Source of the DNA: Candidatus Kryptonium sp.
Lineage (GTDB): Bacteria; Bacteroidota; Ignavibacteria; Kryptoniales; Kryptoniaceae
NCBI GenBank assembly: GCA_039630395.1
Contig: JBCNVC010000001.1
Location: 34,861-98,860, forward strand
Direction of reading: 5' to 3'
DNA: 64,000 nucleotides
Shown: one piece after another, positions 52,093 to 62,405 of the stretch
Layout of the letters: each line of letters begins with the position of its first letter
Numbering within the stretch: position 1 is the stretch's first letter
The notes under the pieces: generated by a model
The model's input: only the letters and a program-made list of their open reading frames with translations
What the model was told of the DNA's origin: nothing
Database searches by the model: none
Position numbers and translations under genes: made by a program

Positions 52093-52895
52093 AATACGAA
52101 AAGATAAAATCAAAAATTGACGAGATAATCTCAGAGCAAAGTTTTTTGCGAAAAATTCTTTATGCTGGTTTAAACATTCTCCTTCTTCGCGCGTGGTATG
52201 TAAAAAGCGAAGTGCAGAAATTCTTTGTTTCAAAAAATGAAAAATGTAATGTCCTTGACGCCGGTTGCGGCTTTGGACAGTATTCATATTTCATAGCCAA
52301 AAAGTTTAAAAATTCAGAGGTCCTTGGAGTTGACATAAACGAAAGAAGAATAAAAGATTGCGAAAAATTTGCCAGAACAGAAAAAATTGAAAATTTAAAA
52401 TTTGAAATTGCCGATCTTACTAAATTAAATTTCGCTGAAAAATTTGACTTAATACTTGCAATTGATGTCATGGAACACATTGAAGATGATGAAGAAGTTT
52501 TTAAAAATTTTTATAAAGCGATGAAAAAAAATGGATTGTTGATAATAAGCACACCGTCAAATCTCGGGGGATCAGAAGTTCATTCAGACGAAGACGAAAG
52601 CTTCATTGAAGAACATGTGAGAAGTGGATATGGAGCAGATGAAATTAAAAACAAGCTTGAAAAAATAGGATTTAAAAACATCCTTGTGAAATATAGTTAT
52701 GGTAAGTGGGGGAATCTATCGTGGAAATTAATGATAAAACTTCCTGTTCTTTTGCTTGGGAAAAGTTTCGCTTTCGCTATTTTACTACCAATATATTATC
52801 TTATAGTTCTCGTCCCCGGTATCTTTATGATGTGGCTTGATACCAAAGTTGAAAACAAAAATGGAACTGGATTAATAGTTACAGCATGGAAATGA
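52089..52895 (+). CDS. Class I SAM-dependent methyltransferase
   Basis: LDAGCGFG, DVMEHIEDD, ISTP. Confidence 0.88.
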   Translation: MKYEKIKSKIDEIISEQSFLRKILYAGLNILLLRAWYVKSEVQKFFVSKNEKCNVLDAGCGFGQYSYFIAKKFKNSEVLGVDINERRIKDCEKFARTEKIENLKFEIADLTKLNFAEKFDLILAIDVMEHIEDDEEVFKNFYKAMKKNGLLIISTPSNLGGSEVHSDEDESFIEEHVRSGYGADEIKNKLEKIGFKNILVKYSYGKWGNLSWKLMIKLPVLLLGKSFAFAILLPIYYLIVLVPGIFMMWLDTKVENKNGTGLIVTAWK

Positions 52896-52896
52896 G

Positions 52897-54726
52897 TTAA
52901 GTTCTTCCAAATCTTTTATCAAGTTCCTCAAGCGAGATCTTGATTATTATCGGTCTTCCGTGGGGACATACATAGGGGTTTTGGGTGAGGAAAAGTTGAT
53001 CAATTAAAACCTGAATTTCTTCTGATGTTAATCTATCTCCGGCTTTGATTGCAGTTTTACAAGCGAAGGATTTTGCGAGGTTTTCACGAATACTTAAATT
53101 TGGTTCGGCATTTGAATTTTCTTTGTAAAGTTCAATTATCTCTTGCAAAATCTTTTTCTCTGCTCCTTGCTTTATTTCTGGCGGGACCCCATAGAGGACA
53201 AGTGTGTTTTTCCCAAAAATTCGCAAATCGAAACCTAAGCTTTCAAGATGTTCTTTAAGTTCTTTCACGATCGCCATATCTGCCGGTGCAAGTTCAATTG
53301 TCTGAGGAAATAAAAGTTGCTGTGTAAATGGAGAGCCTGAATTCAACCTATCAAGTGCTTTTTCATAAAGAATTCTTTCGTGCGCAACATGTTGATCAAT
53401 TATCATTATTCCACTTTTAATTTGAGCAATTATATATTTACCATGAATTTGCATAAATGATGTTCCTTCACTATCGCTTCTTTCCTCCGCTTGAGAAATT
53501 GTAGATTGAATTTCTTTTGATATCTTTTCAACTTTTTCAAGCCCGACCTTCGCTTTGATCCCTGTTTCTGCTTCTGGGAAGGAAGAAGCTAAAAATTCAA
53601 GTGAATATTGTTTTTCTTTTTGAATTTTTTCTTTTATCGGTTCCGTCAGATTTATCAATCTTTGCTTTATTTGTTCAATTTCTGACGATGTACGAAGTTT
53701 AATTCCACCAGAAGGCTCAAATTCAACTTCTGGAATCAGATTAAACTTTGAAAGGGAATGTTTTATAACTGCACGAACGAAATTATAAATTCCGTGCTCA
53801 TCATCAAACTTGACTTCAAGCTTTGAGGGATGAACATTCACATCGACATGTCTTGGGTCAATTGAGATCATCAAGATAAAAGATGGGAAGTTTCCCTTTT
53901 CAAGTAAATGTTCATATGCGCTATAAACCGCGTGATTTATTGAGCGATTTATGATGTATCTTCGGTTAAGAAAAATAAACTGATCTGATTTCGTCTTTTT
54001 TGAAAATTCGGGTTTGCTTATAAATCCATGTATGCTTATGAATTCGGTTTTCTCATTCACGGGGATAAGGGTTTCAAAAAAATCATCTCCAAAGGTTTGT
54101 TTTATTCTTGTTTCAAGGTCTGTGGCTTCAAATTTTGATATAACCTCGTCATCGCTGATGAATTCAAACGATATTTCGGGATAAGCGATCGCAAATCTTA
54201 TAAAAGCTTCATAGGCATGTCTAAATTCTGTGTGATTGCTTTTTAAAAAATTTCTTCTCGCAGGTGTGTTATAGAAAAGATTTTTAACCAGGATTGATGT
54301 TCCAACTGGATGCGCTGTTTTTGAAACCTCAATTAACTTACCACCTTCTATCCTGACGAGTGTCGCAAGTTCGTCATCTTGCGTTCTTGTTTTCATCTCA
54401 ACTTTAGCAACGGCTGCGATTGATGCAAGCGCTTCGCCCCTGAAACCAAGTGTTCGTATGTTCTCAAGGTCTTCATAAGTTTCAATTTTACTCGTTGCAT
54501 GTCTTTCAAATGCAAGAACCGCATCATCTTCACTCATGCCGCAACCATCGTCAATTACCTGAATAAGTGTCTTCCCTGCTTCCTTCAAAATTACGGTTAT
54601 ATTTTTTGCTCCCGCATCAATTGAATTTTCAATCAATTCTTTAACCACAGATTCCGGTCTTTGTATAACCTCGCCCGCTGCAATTTTGCTTGCTATTTCG
54701 TCCGGTAAAATTTTTATTCTTCCCAT
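52897..54726 (-). CDS. mutL: DNA mismatch repair endonuclease MutL
   Basis: KIAAGEV, KELIENSIDA, GFRGEAL, DQHVAHERILYE, ACK, CPHGRP. Confidence 0.97.
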   Translation of the reverse strand: MGRIKILPDEIASKIAAGEVIQRPESVVKELIENSIDAGAKNITVILKEAGKTLIQVIDDGCGMSEDDAVLAFERHATSKIETYEDLENIRTLGFRGEALASIAAVAKVEMKTRTQDDELATLVRIEGGKLIEVSKTAHPVGTSILVKNLFYNTPARRNFLKSNHTEFRHAYEAFIRFAIAYPEISFEFISDDEVISKFEATDLETRIKQTFGDDFFETLIPVNEKTEFISIHGFISKPEFSKKTKSDQFIFLNRRYIINRSINHAVYSAYEHLLEKGNFPSFILMISIDPRHVDVNVHPSKLEVKFDDEHGIYNFVRAVIKHSLSKFNLIPEVEFEPSGGIKLRTSSEIEQIKQRLINLTEPIKEKIQKEKQYSLEFLASSFPEAETGIKAKVGLEKVEKISKEIQSTISQAEERSDSEGTSFMQIHGKYIIAQIKSGIMIIDQHVAHERILYEKALDRLNSGSPFTQQLLFPQTIELAPADMAIVKELKEHLESLGFDLRIFGKNTLVLYGVPPEIKQGAEKKILQEIIELYKENSNAEPNLSIRENLAKSFACKTAIKAGDRLTSEEIQVLIDQLFLTQNPYVCPHGRPIIIKISLEELDKRFGRT

Positions 54727-54812
54727 TTTAAAAAACAAAATTATTTCTGCTTTTTTGGCTTAAAATTAAAAATACAATCGCTGTGATCAACTCCAAAATT
54801 AAATTCCACAGT

Positions 54813-55031
54813 TCACAACGCACCCGACAAGACAAGATAAAGATAAAAAACAATACCAACAACTATCAACCACCAAATTAGAGATCTTCGTTTTCTTTCG
54901 GAAATCCCTATTCTCTGAAATTTTAAACTTCTTCTCAATCGCTCTTTTCTTTTGAGCTCCTCATCTTTCTCAGGCTTATAATACCTTGGGATATACTCAA
55001 AACGCAAATGTTGAGGTCTTTTGAAAAGCAT
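54813..55031 (-). CDS. Small hypothetical membrane protein
   Basis: 'FEYIPRYYKPEKDE' plus a C-terminal TM; tightly packed in the operon. Confidence 0.7.
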   Translation of the reverse strand: MLFKRPQHLRFEYIPRYYKPEKDEELKRKERLRRSLKFQRIGISERKRRSLIWWLIVVGIVFYLYLVLSGAL

Positions 55032-55035
55032 AGCT

Positions 55036-56052
55036 TTAGATTAATTTCTTTACACCAAGTCCCGGCTCATCCGGGAGAATTAGTTTACCATTTTGAACCT
55101 TCACTCCTTCAAATGGATCGTTCGTTATTAAAAGATTTCCGTCAAGATCTGCGAAGTCAACAAGCGGTGAAATTTGAGCTCCAGCGGTTATCGCAACAGA
55201 CGATTCAATCATACATCCAATCATCACTTTCATTCTCATTGCTCTTGCTGTGTTTATCATTTTTATTGCTTCTCTTATCCCTGTACATTTCATAAGCTTT
55301 ATATTAATTCCATCATACGCCTTTCCTAAAACTGGAACATCATAGAGACGAACACAGTTCTCATCAGCAATTATTGGAATATCAACTTTATCTCTAAGCC
55401 ATGCAACGGAGTCAAGATCATCAGCAGGCATCGGTTGTTCAACAAATTCAACTCCTTCATCTTGAAGCCACTTAACTTTTTCAAGCGCGATTTCTTTAGT
55501 TTTCCATCCCTCATTTGCATCAACGCGAATTGGTTTATCGGTGATCTTTCGGATTGTTTTAATTATTTCCTCATCGTTTTCAAGTCCAAGTTTAACTTTT
55601 AAAATTGGATATTCCTCGGCTTCTTTGACCTTACGCTCAATCACTTGTGGTTCGTCAATTCCAATTGTAAATGATGTTATCGGCGTTTTCCCTTTGCTGA
55701 GTCCAAAAAGTTTATAAATCGGAACATTCAGAAGTTTTCCCACAAGATCATGAAGTGCTATATCGATTCCGGCTTTAGCAGATGTGTTTCCAGGTTCAAC
55801 TGAATCAACATAATTTAAAATTTCATCAATGTTAAATGGATCGTCAAATTGTGAAAGGTCAACTTTGCTTAGAAATTTCTGCACCGTTTCAATGTTTTCG
55901 CCATATCTTTGAGATGGGGACGCTTCACCATAGCCAATTATTCCATTGTGTTCAATTTCAATAAGAACAACCCAATTTGATGTTCTCACACCTCGTGTTA
56001 TTTTGAATGGATGTTTAAGTTTAAGTTCAAACGTGCGATATCTAAGAAACAT
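55036..56052 (-). CDS. Dipeptide (L-Ala-D/L-Glu) epimerase, enolase superfamily
   Basis: LKVKLG, VDANEGW, EQP, ADE, NIKLMKC, GCMIES, DLDG. Confidence 0.9.
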   Translation of the reverse strand: MFLRYRTFELKLKHPFKITRGVRTSNWVVLIEIEHNGIIGYGEASPSQRYGENIETVQKFLSKVDLSQFDDPFNIDEILNYVDSVEPGNTSAKAGIDIALHDLVGKLLNVPIYKLFGLSKGKTPITSFTIGIDEPQVIERKVKEAEEYPILKVKLGLENDEEIIKTIRKITDKPIRVDANEGWKTKEIALEKVKWLQDEGVEFVEQPMPADDLDSVAWLRDKVDIPIIADENCVRLYDVPVLGKAYDGINIKLMKCTGIREAIKMINTARAMRMKVMIGCMIESSVAITAGAQISPLVDFADLDGNLLITNDPFEGVKVQNGKLILPDEPGLGVKKLI

Positions 56053-56066
56053 TTTTGATGATCTTT

Positions 56067-56888
56067 TTATTTGAAAAATGTTAAAATTGCAACTGTGATT
56101 AGAAGAATGGCGAAAAGTTTCTTAAGAAGTTTTGATTTTGTCCTGTAAGATGCCTGAGCCCCAAGGCGACTCGTCAAAATTGAACCAAGCAAGATTGGGA
56201 TTCCCGCCGTGTAATCAACAAAGCCAAGTGTTCCAAGATTTTCAAGTTCTGGTTTCCCAAAACCATTGAGTATATACCCGAGCGTTCCAAAGATTGAGGT
56301 TAAAACTATGATTGAGCTTGATGTTCCAATTGCTCTTTTTATAGGAATTTTCATAACGCTGTTCATCACCGGAACAAGCAAAACCCCACCACCAACGCCT
56401 GCGAATATGGAAATTACACCAGCGATCAACCCCCAAAAAATGGACGAAATCACACTTACATTGCTTTTGTAGTTTGCTAAATTATCAATATCAACTTCCG
56501 AATTTCTATCAATAAGCATTCTGATTCCAGCTAAAATTATAACGACAATGATAAAGGTTCTAATAAAGTTTCCAGAAACAATAGAAGCAATTTTGCTCCC
56601 GACCAAAGCGGAAACAACCGAAGCAAATCCCATCGTAAATGTTAAGTTCCATTCAATGTTTTTATTTTCGTATTGTTTTATTGTGCTTGAAATTGAAGTG
56701 AAAATTATGGTGAACAAACTTGTTGCAACCGCAATTTTAGGAATCAGATCTGGTGAAATCCCGGTTCCGGAGTAATAATACATCAAAATTAAAACAAGGA
56801 TCACACCACCACCGATTCCGAAAAAACCAGCGAGGAAACCAGCGAAAAGACCAGATATGAAAAGCAATAAAACTTTCCACAAGATCAT
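56067..56888 (-). CDS. TauE/SafE (sulfite exporter-like) membrane protein
   Basis: Two GIGGG/GVGGG repeats, ATSL, AIGTS. Confidence 0.88.
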   Translation of the reverse strand: MILWKVLLLFISGLFAGFLAGFFGIGGGVILVLILMYYYSGTGISPDLIPKIAVATSLFTIIFTSISSTIKQYENKNIEWNLTFTMGFASVVSALVGSKIASIVSGNFIRTFIIVVIILAGIRMLIDRNSEVDIDNLANYKSNVSVISSIFWGLIAGVISIFAGVGGGVLLVPVMNSVMKIPIKRAIGTSSSIIVLTSIFGTLGYILNGFGKPELENLGTLGFVDYTAGIPILLGSILTSRLGAQASYRTKSKLLKKLFAILLITVAILTFFK

Positions 56889-58540
56889 TTCAAGCTCAAA
56901 ATAGAATTATAAGTTTTTTTCTCTTTTAAAATTGAAATTGCTGTTTTAACTTGCACATCGTTCGGAAGAGCCCACGCTATGAGCTCGTCTTCATATTTAT
57001 ACCTTGAAAGTATCTCACGCATGAGTTCCCTTGCGATCTCATCGCGGTAAAGATTAAAGAAATCAATTCTGTTTCTTTTCATTCTATTTAGTGCTGTTTC
57101 AATCGTTTCAAGGTAGCCATTTTTATATTTTTGTCTCTTTGCGTATTCAACCGCTTTTTCAAGGTTTATCTCAAAACTATCTTTAAATGTAAAGTTATTT
57201 TTCTCGACGAATTTTTTAAATTGTTCAATAATTCGCTCATTTATTTCAAAATTTTCCGGCAATGTTTCTTGTTCAGCGGCGAAATAATTTGCGAATTTAA
57301 AAAATAATCTTTTCTGAACAAGCGATTCAACAAAATCACTTCGTCTTACCTCAGGGACAATTGTGTCAGGCATTATTCCACCTTGCGCATAAACAATTCG
57401 ACCGTTTTTGGTTTTGAAAATTTTCTGTTCAGAATCTGGCTTTGAAATAAAAACGCCACCAGGCTTGTGAAAGTAATCAATTTCCTGAATGCTGCGACCG
57501 CTCGGAGTATAATATTTTGCAGTTGTTATCTTGAGAAAAGTATTATAGGAGAGATAACTAATCGTTTGCACAAGACCTTTCCCAAATGTCTTTGTGCCAA
57601 TAATTACCCCGCGATCCAAATCTTGAACTGCTCCAGCAACTATTTCGCTTGCGCTTGCGCTCGAATTATTTACAATAATGCATAGCGGAACATCTGGAAG
57701 AATTGGTTTTTCGTTGGAATAATAATTCCTCATAGCCTCTGGTTTTCGACCGCGAGTTGAGACAATCAAGCTTCCTTCTGGAACAAACTTTTCAACCACA
57801 TCAACGGCAGCATCAAGCAATCCCCCAGGATTATCGCGAAGATCTAATATCAAACCTTTTATTTCACCTTTTGCTTGTAAATTTTTTATCGCTCGTCTTA
57901 ACTCTTCACCTGCATTTCTTGAAAAGCGTTCAAGTTTTATATATGCGATCCCATCATCAACGAAATCGGAATATACAATGCTTTTAACTTCAATATCAAC
58001 TCTCGTCATTTCAAAAACAAGCGGACTTTTAAACCCTTCTCTCAAAACTTTAAGTTTTATTGGAACCCCGGATTTACCAATTAAATAAGTTCTAACTTCT
58101 TCAAGAGGTTTGTTTTTAACAATTATGCTGTCAATTTCAATAATAACATCCCCAACCTTTATCCCAGCTTTATCAGCAGGATGACCCTTTGAAACTTTAA
58201 CAACGACAATCTGATCGTCAAATTTTGATACTGTTATTCCGATACCTCCGTATTTCCCCATCGTTAAAGCATCAACATCTTCTCTATGTTTCTCATCGAT
58301 GAAAACAGTGTATGGATCAAGTTCACTTAACATTCCTTTTATTCCTGCTCTCATAAATTTTTCGGGATCAACCTCATCAACATAGTTTAAGATCACCTCT
58401 CTATAAATCTTTCCAAAGATATCTATGCTTTTATCTATCTTGAAGAATATATCATCCTTCCTAACTTGAGAGAATTCAAATCGCACAAGCAGAGCGAGAG
58501 CTAAAAGCCCAAAACCGAAGAAGAAAATTTTGCGCTTCAT
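56885..58540 (-). CDS. ctpA: Carboxy-terminal processing protease (S41)
   Basis: LDPYT, PDZ domain, DLRDNPGG, SASASEIVAG, GKGLVQ, YYTPSGR. Confidence 0.92.
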   Translation of the reverse strand: MKRKIFFFGFGLLALALLVRFEFSQVRKDDIFFKIDKSIDIFGKIYREVILNYVDEVDPEKFMRAGIKGMLSELDPYTVFIDEKHREDVDALTMGKYGGIGITVSKFDDQIVVVKVSKGHPADKAGIKVGDVIIEIDSIIVKNKPLEEVRTYLIGKSGVPIKLKVLREGFKSPLVFEMTRVDIEVKSIVYSDFVDDGIAYIKLERFSRNAGEELRRAIKNLQAKGEIKGLILDLRDNPGGLLDAAVDVVEKFVPEGSLIVSTRGRKPEAMRNYYSNEKPILPDVPLCIIVNNSSASASEIVAGAVQDLDRGVIIGTKTFGKGLVQTISYLSYNTFLKITTAKYYTPSGRSIQEIDYFHKPGGVFISKPDSEQKIFKTKNGRIVYAQGGIMPDTIVPEVRRSDFVESLVQKRLFFKFANYFAAEQETLPENFEINERIIEQFKKFVEKNNFTFKDSFEINLEKAVEYAKRQKYKNGYLETIETALNRMKRNRIDFFNLYRDEIARELMREILSRYKYEDELIAWALPNDVQVKTAISILKEKKTYNSILSLK

Positions 58541-59160
58541 TTTAATTTCGTTTTTAATTTTTCAAAAACGATTTCCCAAATTTGTCCGCTTATTTCCTCA
58601 ATTCCTCTTGTTCCGTCTATGACGATGAATCTATCACTTGATTTTGAAATTTCAAGATATCCGTATCTAACTCTATCGTAAAACTCAATCCCTGAGTTTT
58701 CCATCCTATCAAATTCGCCGTATTTTGCTTTTTTTCTTTTATAAATTTCATCAACTGGGATATCAATCAAAAATGTAATATCAGGAGTCAGTCCAGCTGA
58801 TGCGAGTTCGTTTATTGTTTTAATTTTTTCTATTTCAATTCCCCTACCGTAACCTTGATAAGCAAGGGTTGAATCATAAAATCTGTCGCATACGACGATT
58901 TTGCCCGAATTTAACGACGGAATTATTATTTCCTTTACAAGTTGTGCACGACTTGCTGAGAATAGAAATAGCTCTGTAACTGCATCCATTTCCTTGTTTT
59001 CAGAATCTAACAAAATTTTGCGTATATGTTCGGAAATCCTTGTTCCCCCTGGCTCACGGACGAAAACGACATCTAATCCAAGATTTTTCAACTTTTTAAT
59101 TAAAATTTCCGCCTGCGTTGTTTTTCCGCAAAGATCAACCCCTTCAAAAGTTATGAACAT
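58537..59160 (-). CDS. tmk: Thymidylate kinase
   Basis: FITFEGVDLCGKTTQ, REPGGT, DRFYDSTLAYQG. Confidence 0.97.
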   Translation of the reverse strand: MFITFEGVDLCGKTTQAEILIKKLKNLGLDVVFVREPGGTRISEHIRKILLDSENKEMDAVTELFLFSASRAQLVKEIIIPSLNSGKIVVCDRFYDSTLAYQGYGRGIEIEKIKTINELASAGLTPDITFLIDIPVDEIYKRKKAKYGEFDRMENSGIEFYDRVRYGYLEISKSSDRFIVIDGTRGIEEISGQIWEIVFEKLKTKLK

Positions 59161-59174
59161 TTTTATTTAAAATT

Positions 59175-60179
59175 TTACTTGAAAATAATTTCCTTGCCTC
59201 GCTCGGCTGATTTATATATTGAGTCAACAATTTTCATTCTATAAAGAGCATCTCTTGCACTTGAAACAAGTGGATGAAGATCTCGTACAGCGCCAAGAAA
59301 ATGTTTGATTTCATTTTCGTATGCTTTCCAATAAAGAATTTCTGGCTTGTCCATCTTCTCAGGCGCAAGATTAACTAGCTTTCCCTGTATATCCTTATAG
59401 ATTCTAAACGGATTCAATTCCCCGGTTCCTTCGGTTCCAAATATATGCAAATAAAAAATCGGCTTTTCAAATTCATAAGTCCAACTTACATCAATGAAAA
59501 GAGTTGCCTCGTTTTTGAACTTAAGAAGGACAATAGCGCTGTCTTCAACAGATTTGGTTTGGTGTTTGTAACAAACTGAGCTGACACTTTTAACTTCTGG
59601 ATATCCAGCCATCCATAGTGCAAGGTCAAGTATACTGATACCGAGGTCAAGTATAACTCCACCACCAGATTTATCTTTGCTTAAAACCCATTTCTTGTCG
59701 TTTGGTTTCTTGAACCATCCAGCTTTGACATAAAAAACTGAACCAAGTTCCCCTTGCTCAATGAATCCTCTCATGAGCATAGCATCAGGTCTAAACCTTA
59801 AATTCATCCCAACCATGACCTTGCGATTGCTCTCTTCAATGGTTTTCACAACATCCTCGGTTTCCTTATATGTTCTCGCAAGTGGTCTTTCTACAAACAC
59901 ATCTTTGCCAGCTAAGACACAAGCCTTTGTCATCTCGGCGTGTAAGTTGGTTGGCGTAAGGATTTCAACTGCTTCAATTTCATCAACTTCTTTAAGCATC
60001 TTTTCGTAATCCGTATAAAAGTATGGGACATTATATTTTTCAGCGAGCATCCTAGCTTTAGCTTTATCAGTATCACAAAGAGCGACGATTTGCGCATTTT
60101 CAAGTTTTGAAAGTATCGGTAGATGAACTGCTTGGGCTATCCCACCAAGTCCAATTATTCCAAGTTTAACCTTTTCCAT
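59175..60179 (-). CDS. Gfo/Idh/MocA family oxidoreductase
   Basis: GIIGLGGIA, TPTNLH, VERP, SGGGVILDLG. Confidence 0.9.
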   Translation of the reverse strand: MEKVKLGIIGLGGIAQAVHLPILSKLENAQIVALCDTDKAKARMLAEKYNVPYFYTDYEKMLKEVDEIEAVEILTPTNLHAEMTKACVLAGKDVFVERPLARTYKETEDVVKTIEESNRKVMVGMNLRFRPDAMLMRGFIEQGELGSVFYVKAGWFKKPNDKKWVLSKDKSGGGVILDLGISILDLALWMAGYPEVKSVSSVCYKHQTKSVEDSAIVLLKFKNEATLFIDVSWTYEFEKPIFYLHIFGTEGTGELNPFRIYKDIQGKLVNLAPEKMDKPEILYWKAYENEIKHFLGAVRDLHPLVSSARDALYRMKIVDSIYKSAERGKEIIFK

Positions 60180-62127
60180 GCTTTTCAACCAATTCTGTTT
60201 TTTGTGAAGTTTGAACTTTATCAAACTCAAATTTTTCGAGAATTTTTTGCGCTATTCCTTCGGGATCAAGTTTAAGCATATGCCAAAGTTCGGCTTGGGT
60301 TCCGTGTTCAATAAATTCATCAGGTATCCCATGAATTAAAAACTTAACATTTGTAATTCCCTTTGAAGCTGCGTATTCAAGAACTGCGCTTCCAAATCCA
60401 CCATGGATTGTGTTTTCTTCAACGGTTACAATTTTATCAAATTTATCAAAAATCATATCAAGAAGCGCTTCATCAAGCGGTTTGACAAACCTCATATTTA
60501 CTACCATCGCATCTATTCCATATCTTTTAAGTATCTCAGCAGATTTTAAACTTGGATAGACCATACTTCCGATAGCAAGTATTGCTATGTCGTTGCCTTC
60601 TTTTAAAATTTCGGCTTTTCCAATTTCAATCAGATCAAAATCGTTTTTAATTGGGACACCGATGCCACTACCTCTTGGATATCTTATAGCTACAGGTCCT
60701 TTGTTGTAAATTGTTGCGGTATATAACATATCTCTCAATTCACTTTCATCTTTCGGTGCCATTATCACCATTCCTGGAATAAGTCTCAAATAGCTCAAAT
60801 CAAAAGCCCCATGATGCGTTGGACCATCTGCTCCCACAAGCCCAGCTCTATCAATTGCAAAGATTACATGAAGATGTTGAAGAGCAACATCGTGGACAAT
60901 TTGATCAAAGGCTCTCTGTAAGAATGTTGAATAAATTGCACAAATTGGAATATATCCTTCTGTTGCAAGCCCAGCTGCAAATGTCACGGCATGTTGTTCA
61001 GCTATTCCAACATCGAAAAATCTTTCTGGGATTTCCTTCGCTAAGATGTTAAGCCCTGTCCCCTCGGGCATTGCTGCAGTAATACCAACGATTTTACTAT
61101 TCATTTTGGCAAGTTGAACGACGCTTTGACCAAAGATCTTCGTGTAACTTGGCGGCTCAGGTTTATCACTTTTATACATCTTACCTGTGATTTTATCAAA
61201 TGGGGTCACGCCATGATATTTTTGCTCATCTTCTTCGGCTGGCTTATAACCTTTGCCTTTCTGAGTTATGACATGTAGAAGTATTGGACCGTTAAGATTT
61301 TTTATTTCATTTAAAATTTTCACTAACTTAGCAATGTTATGACCGTTCACCGGACCAAAATACCTAAATCCAAGAGCCTCAAAAAGCATCCCTGGCGTTA
61401 TAATTGCTTTCACGCCACCTTCAACTTTTGCAGCAAGCTTTCTAATTCTATCCCCTATTCCATCAAGTTGTCCTGTTAGATCCCAAATAAAGGATTTAAG
61501 TTTATTATATTGTGCGCTTGCTATCAAATCAGTAAAATACTTTGACACAGCCCAAACATTTGGTGAGATAGACATATTATTATCATTTAAAATCACGATC
61601 AAGTTCTTTTTCATCATTCCTGCGTTGTTCATTGCTTCATATGCAAGTCCAGCTGTCATTGCCCCATCTCCAATTATCGCTATGACTTTGTAATTTTCTT
61701 TATCAAAATCTCGTGCTGTTGCTATCCCAAGAGCAGCTGAAATTGAAGTTGAAGCATGTCCGGCTCCGAAAACATCGTAGATACTTTCGCTTCGCTTTAA
61801 AAATCCACTTATCCCTTTAAATTGTCTTATAGTATGAAAAACATCCCTTCGTCCAGTAATTATCTTATGAACATAGCCCTGATGCCCCGTATCCCAAATT
61901 ATCTTATCTTTGGGAGCGTCAAATACATAATGAACAGCAAGTGTCAGCTCAACAACACCTAAACTTGCACCGAGATGTCCCCCGACTTTTGATATCGTAT
62001 CAATTATAAACTCTCTTATCTCGCTTGCAAGGATCTCAAGCTCACGAATGTTAAGATGTTTCAAGTCATCAGGGGAATTTATCTTTGGTAAAATTTTATA
62101 GTTTGCGGAAAGATCTTGCAATTCCAT
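60166..62127 (-). CDS. dxs: 1-deoxy-D-xylulose-5-phosphate synthase
   Basis: GGHLGASLG, GAGHASTS, GDGAMTAG, IAEQHA, DGPTHHG. Confidence 0.97.
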   Translation of the reverse strand: MELQDLSANYKILPKINSPDDLKHLNIRELEILASEIREFIIDTISKVGGHLGASLGVVELTLAVHYVFDAPKDKIIWDTGHQGYVHKIITGRRDVFHTIRQFKGISGFLKRSESIYDVFGAGHASTSISAALGIATARDFDKENYKVIAIIGDGAMTAGLAYEAMNNAGMMKKNLIVILNDNNMSISPNVWAVSKYFTDLIASAQYNKLKSFIWDLTGQLDGIGDRIRKLAAKVEGGVKAIITPGMLFEALGFRYFGPVNGHNIAKLVKILNEIKNLNGPILLHVITQKGKGYKPAEEDEQKYHGVTPFDKITGKMYKSDKPEPPSYTKIFGQSVVQLAKMNSKIVGITAAMPEGTGLNILAKEIPERFFDVGIAEQHAVTFAAGLATEGYIPICAIYSTFLQRAFDQIVHDVALQHLHVIFAIDRAGLVGADGPTHHGAFDLSYLRLIPGMVIMAPKDESELRDMLYTATIYNKGPVAIRYPRGSGIGVPIKNDFDLIEIGKAEILKEGNDIAILAIGSMVYPSLKSAEILKRYGIDAMVVNMRFVKPLDEALLDMIFDKFDKIVTVEENTIHGGFGSAVLEYAASKGITNVKFLIHGIPDEFIEHGTQAELWHMLKLDPEGIAQKILEKFEFDKVQTSQKTELVEKHGKG

Positions 62128-62135
62128 CTTGAGCT

Positions 62136-62405
62136 CTAAATTTTGTTATTGAAATCGTCAAAATCAATAAGATTAAATCCTTGGGATTGATCTTTGATTA
62201 TCTTTTTTATTCTGAGTTCCGCTTGTGTTAATTTATCAATGCAGTATTTTGAAAGCTTTATCCCGCGCTCATACATTTCAATTGCCTCTTCAAGTGTTAC
62301 CTGTCCGGTTTCAAGTTTATCTACTATATCTTGAAGTTCCTTTAGCGCCTGTTCAAATGTTAAATTTTCAATTGGGTTTTCCATTATTTCATTTTTCTTC
62401 ACCAT
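62136..62405 (-). CDS. xseB: Exodeoxyribonuclease VII small subunit
   Basis: TFEQALKEL..LEEAI..YERG..C..L..AE. Confidence 0.93.
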   Translation of the reverse strand: MVKKNEIMENPIENLTFEQALKELQDIVDKLETGQVTLEEAIEMYERGIKLSKYCIDKLTQAELRIKKIIKDQSQGFNLIDFDDFNNKI